From assembly GCF_001194135.2 (NCBI RefSeq), contig NC_068985.1:23053208-23093958 (forward strand): DNA of 40,751 nt. Direction: 5' to 3'. This DNA is from Octopus bimaculoides. Lineage: Eukaryota. This document shows, piece after piece, positions 35,477 to 40,751 of the stretch. The notes beneath the pieces were generated by a model. The model did no database searches, had not been told where the DNA came from, and worked only from the letters and a program-made list of their open reading frames with translations. The position numbers and the translations under genes were made by a program. Positions within the stretch are counted from its first letter, which is position 1; each line of letters starts with the position of its first letter.

Positions 35477-35900
35477 TATTATTATTATTATTATTATTAT
35501 AAACGTTGCACAGAATACAACATTGTGAGGTTGTTGATTGAAGATATTGTGTCTACCGGGGGGATTGTACTGTTTGTCAAGTCACAACAAGGACCTCAGA
35601 GAGACGGTACTTTTGCAATATTCATGCAGTTCCAAGTAATGCCAACTTTTACAATACACCTAGATTGTAGGGTATCTCTAAATTTTTCAGATGTTTTTTT
35701 TTCAGATTGAGTGGTATTGAACTCAATGCTCTGATGACAATAGGGATAACCTTTATGTTTGACTTTCGTAGCTGACTCATCTTAGCGATCTCAATTCTCA
35801 CGTCTCCATATTTATCAACCTTTTCTCTTTCTTTCATGATGATATGTTGATCTCCTGGCACTGCCACATCAATTATTAGGCACTCTTGTTTGTCCCTGGA
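35477..35900 (-). mobile_element. R4/Dong-like LINE RLE domain and 3' end (copy A) with (TAA)n tail
   Basis: DKQECLIIDVAVPGDQHIIMKEREKVDKYGDVRIEIAKM..KVIPIVIRALSSIP..., the ID.AVP.D..KE.EK..KY RLE signature of R4-clade ORFs. Confidence 0.8.
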
Positions 35901-36408
35901 TTGGTAGAATTGTTAAGGTGTCAGATAATGCCTTGCTGTATTTGTTTTGGTCATTACATTTTGAGTTAAAATCCTGCCAAAAGTCAGCTTTGTCTAAAAT
36001 CTTTCTGGTGGGGAGGTCAATAAAATAAAATAACAGTTGAATTATATTGTCAATCTAATCAACTAATATACTTACCACAAAATTTGTGGCATTGTACCTA
36101 TGTTAGAAATTATTATTAATTTTTATGGGGTTGTGATGAAGTTTGAAGAAGTGAACCCAGATAGTATTCATTAAAAATAGGTTGAATATCAATTTGATCT
36201 GCTCAAGGAAGAGAAGTGAAATCCTGACTATATAAAGAAAGAATTTTGAAAAAAAGTATGTTATTTGTTGGATTTTGGAACTCTGTTTGAAATAAACTTT
36301 TGTAAATTTTTCTCATTATCACAATCATCATCATTGTCATCATCATTATAGTTATTATTATTATTATTATTATTATTATTTTATTGTTGTCGTTGTTGAA
36401 GTTAAGAC

Positions 36409-36800
36409 AGCAAGCTGGTAGAAACATTAGTACGCTGGGTAAAATGCTTAGCAATATGTCATCTGTCCTTACATTCTGAGTTCAAATTCTGCCAGGGTTG
36501 ACTTTACCTTTCATCCTCTCAGGCTCAATAAAATAAGTACCAGTTGAGCACTGCTGGCCTTGTGCCAAAAGTTGAAACCATTATTACTATTTTTAAGGTG
36601 ATGAGCTGGCAGAATCCTTAGTACATCAGAGAAAATGATTCATGGCATTTCTTCCAGCTCTTTATATTCTCAGTTCAAATCTCACCAGAGTTAACTTTGT
36701 CTTTCATTCCTTGAGGTTCAATAAAATAAAGTAGCAGTCAGATACTGAGGTCGATGTAAACAGCTTGTTTGCCTCCCTAAAAATTGCTGGCTTTTTGCCA
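36409..36800 (+). mobile_element. two tandem SINE copies (same family as 33571)
   Basis: GCTGGTAGAAACATTAG..CTGAGTTCAAATT..GTTGACTTTACCTTTCATCC, repeated twice. Confidence 0.7.
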
Positions 36801-37379
36801 AAATTAGAAATCATTATTATTTACATTATTATCATATTGTTGTTATTGTTATTACTTTGAAATTCACTCTTTTTAACACTTTGGAGGTGAATCCTTTGAG
36901 TGCTTCTACACCAAGGAAGAGTAAAATATTTTTATGATAAAAAAAAAAAGTTGCTATTTTAAATTCAGTGAAAAATCATCTGAATCTCAATTATATATTT
37001 TTTTAAAAGCTTCTTTTTTTTTCAGAAAATCTCTTTAGCAATTTTGATATCCTTTACTAAGCACCAAATCAAACCTTTATTTAAATTACAAAGTCCAACC
37101 ATCACTGTGAAGAAACAACATCACATTCTGCAAAGGCCCTTCAAGTCAAGCATATATGAGTAGGTTTCTTTTGGTTTGCAGTACTCTCTTGATAAAGTAT
37201 AAGAAGCCATCTGAAAGTATAGGTATTTTACATCTGAAATAATTCTATCCAGTACACCATATAAAGTGGTTGATGTTAAGAGGCACAATCCAGTCCTCCC
37301 ATTCATAGGATCCTGTTGAAACAACATCCACAGCATGCTGACAGAGAAGATAGATATCAAATGATGATGATGATGATGT

Positions 37380-37631
37380 TAATGATTATGATGATGATAT
37401 ATGTATGTGTATACATACATATATATATATATATATAGACATACATATATATATATATATATATACATACATACATATATAAATAAGTAACAAGTAACAA
37501 AGATGTACAAGTGTCAATTCATTATGGCTGTTTCAAGCAAGGTGCCTCAATTTAAGTACCTAATTCAACTGAATCTTACTTATATTTTACATATATATGT
37601 GTGTATGTGTGTGTGTATACATATACATATA

Positions 37632-37663
<32 letters not shown>

Positions 37664-38046
37664 NNNNNNNNNNNNNNNNNNNNNNNNNNNNNNNNNNNNN
37701 NNNNNNNNNNNNNNNNNNNNNNNNNNNNNNNNNNNNNNNNNNNNNNNNNNNNNNNNNNNNNNNGTATATACATATATAGATATGTACATATTTATAGATA
37801 TACAAACATTATAAATACATACATACATATACATATAGTTGGAATTTACAAAAAAAAACAACACAAAAGACGAAGACAGGGGTGTAAACAACAAACAGAT
37901 TTATTAGTTTAACGCTCGGGAAGTGAGAAAGTCTTTTACGCTTTGAGACTACGCTCTTCATCGGAAAGGAACACAGAAATAAGCAGAGAGAGAAAATAAA
38001 GAAAAAGGTTTAGTGGCTAACGATCAATCTTGGTAAATATATATGC

Positions 38047-38106
<60 letters not shown>

Positions 38107-38243
38107 NNNNNNNNNNCACACACACACACATATATATATGTACACATATACATATATATACACACTCACACACACACATATATATATATACATATGCACA
38201 CACAGACACACAGACATATATATGTACATATACATATGTGCAT

Positions 38244-38286
<43 letters not shown>

Positions 38287-38440
38287 TATTTTGTTAAGTT
38301 TCAGCTTAGAGCTGCGGTCATGCTGATGCACCACCGTGTATGTATATATATATATATATATATGCACATACACACACAATATATTTCTATATATATATAC
38401 ATATACACACACATACATATAATTATGTGTATGCATATGA
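37380..38440. repeat. (TA)n/(CA)n/(TG)n microsatellite-rich zone with assembly gaps
   Basis: Direct inspection. Similar tracts at about 360..460, 18610..18815, 24110..24420, 26860..27180, 32250..32340, 38770..38920 and 40470..40515. Confidence 0.9.
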
Positions 38441-38871
38441 TCATTATTAAATATAGTATCATAATAAACTAACTGGGATTTTTTTAATCTTTGTTAATTA
38501 CTAAAAGTATGCGCAAATATATATACTTATCAATTAATGTAATTAATATGTTGCTTTTTATTGCAGGTTTTCATTAAATATAAAACTATTTTTGAAGTCA
38601 GGGAATTGCTTTGATAAGTGTTTGGTCATATTGATTTTCCAAGCTGTGTACTTTTATGAGAACAACATAAAATGTTATATCAATTATTCAGTACATATAA
38701 TACATCAACAGGGCCCAATATAATTCCGACTCCTCTAAATCAAACTGCAGATTTGACTCAGTACTTAATAGTCTAAATGCATGTTTGTGTGTGTATGTGT
38801 GTGTGTATGTGTAAATGTCAGTGCATATATATATATGCATGTGTGTGTGCATGTATGTGTAAATATGTACT

Positions 38872-38904
<33 letters not shown>

Positions 38905-38919
38905 GTATGTTTGTATATA

Positions 38920-39020
38920 TGAGGGTGTGCTGAAAAGTTCCTGGCTTTGGGTGAAAGAAAATATAGGAATGTCAGTTAATTATGATTTTATTCAACATAT
39001 TCTCCTCTCAAATTTACAGA
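38920..39020 (+). mobile_element. mariner-type TIR end fragment
   Basis: TATGAGGGTGTGCTGAAAAGTTCCTGGCT resembles the TIR of the mariner at 27554. Confidence 0.5.
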
Positions 39021-39077
39021 TTTATTGCAGCAGTCTGTATATTATTATATGTTTGTATATATACATATATAAGTATA

Positions 39078-39312
39078 TATTCATTTAAAATACAGAGATG
39101 CCTATAATAGGACATCTAACCCGCTAGAAAGAGCAGCAAAAAACTCTATACCACAAAATTAGGGATAATTTCGAAAAGGAATGAAAAATAAAAACATTTA
39201 CCAATCTATAGATCGGTAAATGTTTTTATTTTACATTCCTATAGAGTTTTTTGCTGCTCCTTCTAGCGGGTTAGATGTCCTATTATAAGCATCTCTGTAT
39301 TTTAAATGAATA
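39078..39312. repeat. spacer-less palindrome (104-bp arms) with a 27-bp insertion in the left arm
   Basis: Centre ATCTA|TAGAT at 39208/39209. Arms match with 4 mismatches once 39151..39177 is removed. Ends in TA on both sides. Confidence 0.9.
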
Positions 39313-39947
39313 ATATATAGTCTATTGACTAATTTTTTCTTCTCGCTAGACCACTGGTAGTAAATAAAATTTCTAAAATTTTTTTTGCTTCCCTATGATT
39401 TATTAATATATATATATATATATATACACACACATACAAACAAACACACACACAAATATATATATATGCGTGTGTGTGTGTGTCCCTTTTCTCTTGCAAT
39501 TTCTTCTCTTACCTGTTTCTGAAGAAGAGCTTTGCTTGAAGCATAAGACACCTTATCTTTCCTTCCCTGAGCATCTTAATACTTAGCTTGTACCATGTCA
39601 TGTTGTTTTTGTTGTTTTTTTCTGTTTTTTAATTAATTATATATATATATATACGCACACGTGTGAGAGTCATCTAAGAGACCATAATTCAAGGAAAAGA
39701 TGCACTTGTATATGTGTCTGTAGAGTGGGTGTGTTATCCGAAAAGTATAGTATTAAATATCCATCAAGTCTGATCTTACAAATCTGTTTTGCATAAAGAA
39801 TACAATAGAGTGTTATGTACTGGCTAACTCTGATGAGCGTAAAGTTACATAACTGGATTGTTACCTCACACTCCATTGTATTCTTTATGTGAAACCAATT
39901 GGGGAAAATCAGCCATGATGTGTATTTAATACTATACTTTTCAGATA

Positions 39948-39981
<34 letters not shown>

Positions 39982-40471
39982 ACATACACATACAATGAAT
40001 ATGTACATATATGTACATATCTGTATATGTAAGTCCATCTATCAATAGATATATATGTGTGCATGTATATGTTAATATTTATATTTATGTATATCTACTT
40101 GTTACAATGAGTACTTCAAACCATTATTTAAGATATTCAGTTAAAAATGATGTTAATATGAACATATATGCTTTTGTGTGCATTCTACCCCACACACATT
40201 TTAAAACGTGTTTAGAGATCTATATTTTAACATATTCACAAATACATGTACATATAGTCATACAAATGCCTGTAAATGCCTATTAACATGCATCTAACAT
40301 TGTTAATTAAAGAAATAAGTTAAACTAAGTTTAATGGGTTGACTATAAGAGCATAATAAAAATACTGAATATGACTTTTTAATAATGGAATGAGTCTGCG
40401 TATTCAGCAGTAATATGACATTCTTTTGGAGAATTAATATACGTCAGTATGACATACCCACCAATGTGTGT

Positions 40472-40516
<45 letters not shown>

Positions 40517-40751
40517 AAGGTAGGTTACAGTAACTTTGAAAATTTGCTAGCCTTTGTCAGCAGGCTGAAATTATGAAGCATCTCTTCTTATAAAAGTTTA
40601 ATAGATACGTTTCCTACAAAAAAAAAGGATTGAGTCATTCTTCAGTTTAATGTTTAATTGGGTTTTTTTAACTTAAACATAAAAATAAACATATATATGT
40701 ATGCATATATATTATAAAATATGCAGTTAAAATATGCGTTTTACTCCATTC

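Noticed and set aside
37500-38480. Many YIYI/HTHT/CVCV ORFs (also at 24067..24571, 26678..27273 and 34808..35351)
   Set aside because: These are translations of di- and trinucleotide microsatellites.

Overview
AT-rich, microsatellite- and transposon-dense animal genomic DNA from a gapped scaffold. The repeat families look like those of octopus or another coleoid cephalopod (inference from recalled repeat sequences, not a database hit). Two protein-coding genes are supported. (1) A complete six-exon LCMT1 (leucine carboxyl methyltransferase 1) on the + strand: CDS 3515..25770, 948 nt, 315 aa. Its open frame is best explained by a non-canonical GC-AG intron 2, whose donor overlaps a frameshifting GT donor 4 nt downstream. 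(2) The first coding exon of POLD3 (DNA polymerase delta subunit 3) on the - strand (2821..2895), head-to-head with LCMT1 with 619 bp between the start codons. The rest is mostly mobile DNA: RTE-type LINE fragments (one with an uninterrupted endonuclease frame), four R4/Dong-like LINE 3' ends stacked head-to-tail at (TAA)n tracts, an RLE-type LINE fragment, tRNA-derived SINEs, mariner and DD37D maT relics, a heavily decayed hAT-like transposase, several MITE/palindromic elements, and a degenerate Penelope-type hammerhead motif. A possible small unannotated minus-strand gene (about 29.6-32.5 kb) is weakly supported. No rRNA, true tRNA, CRISPR array or clearly new multi-gene system was found. 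Nearly all ORFs in the supplied track are microsatellite or transposon artefacts.
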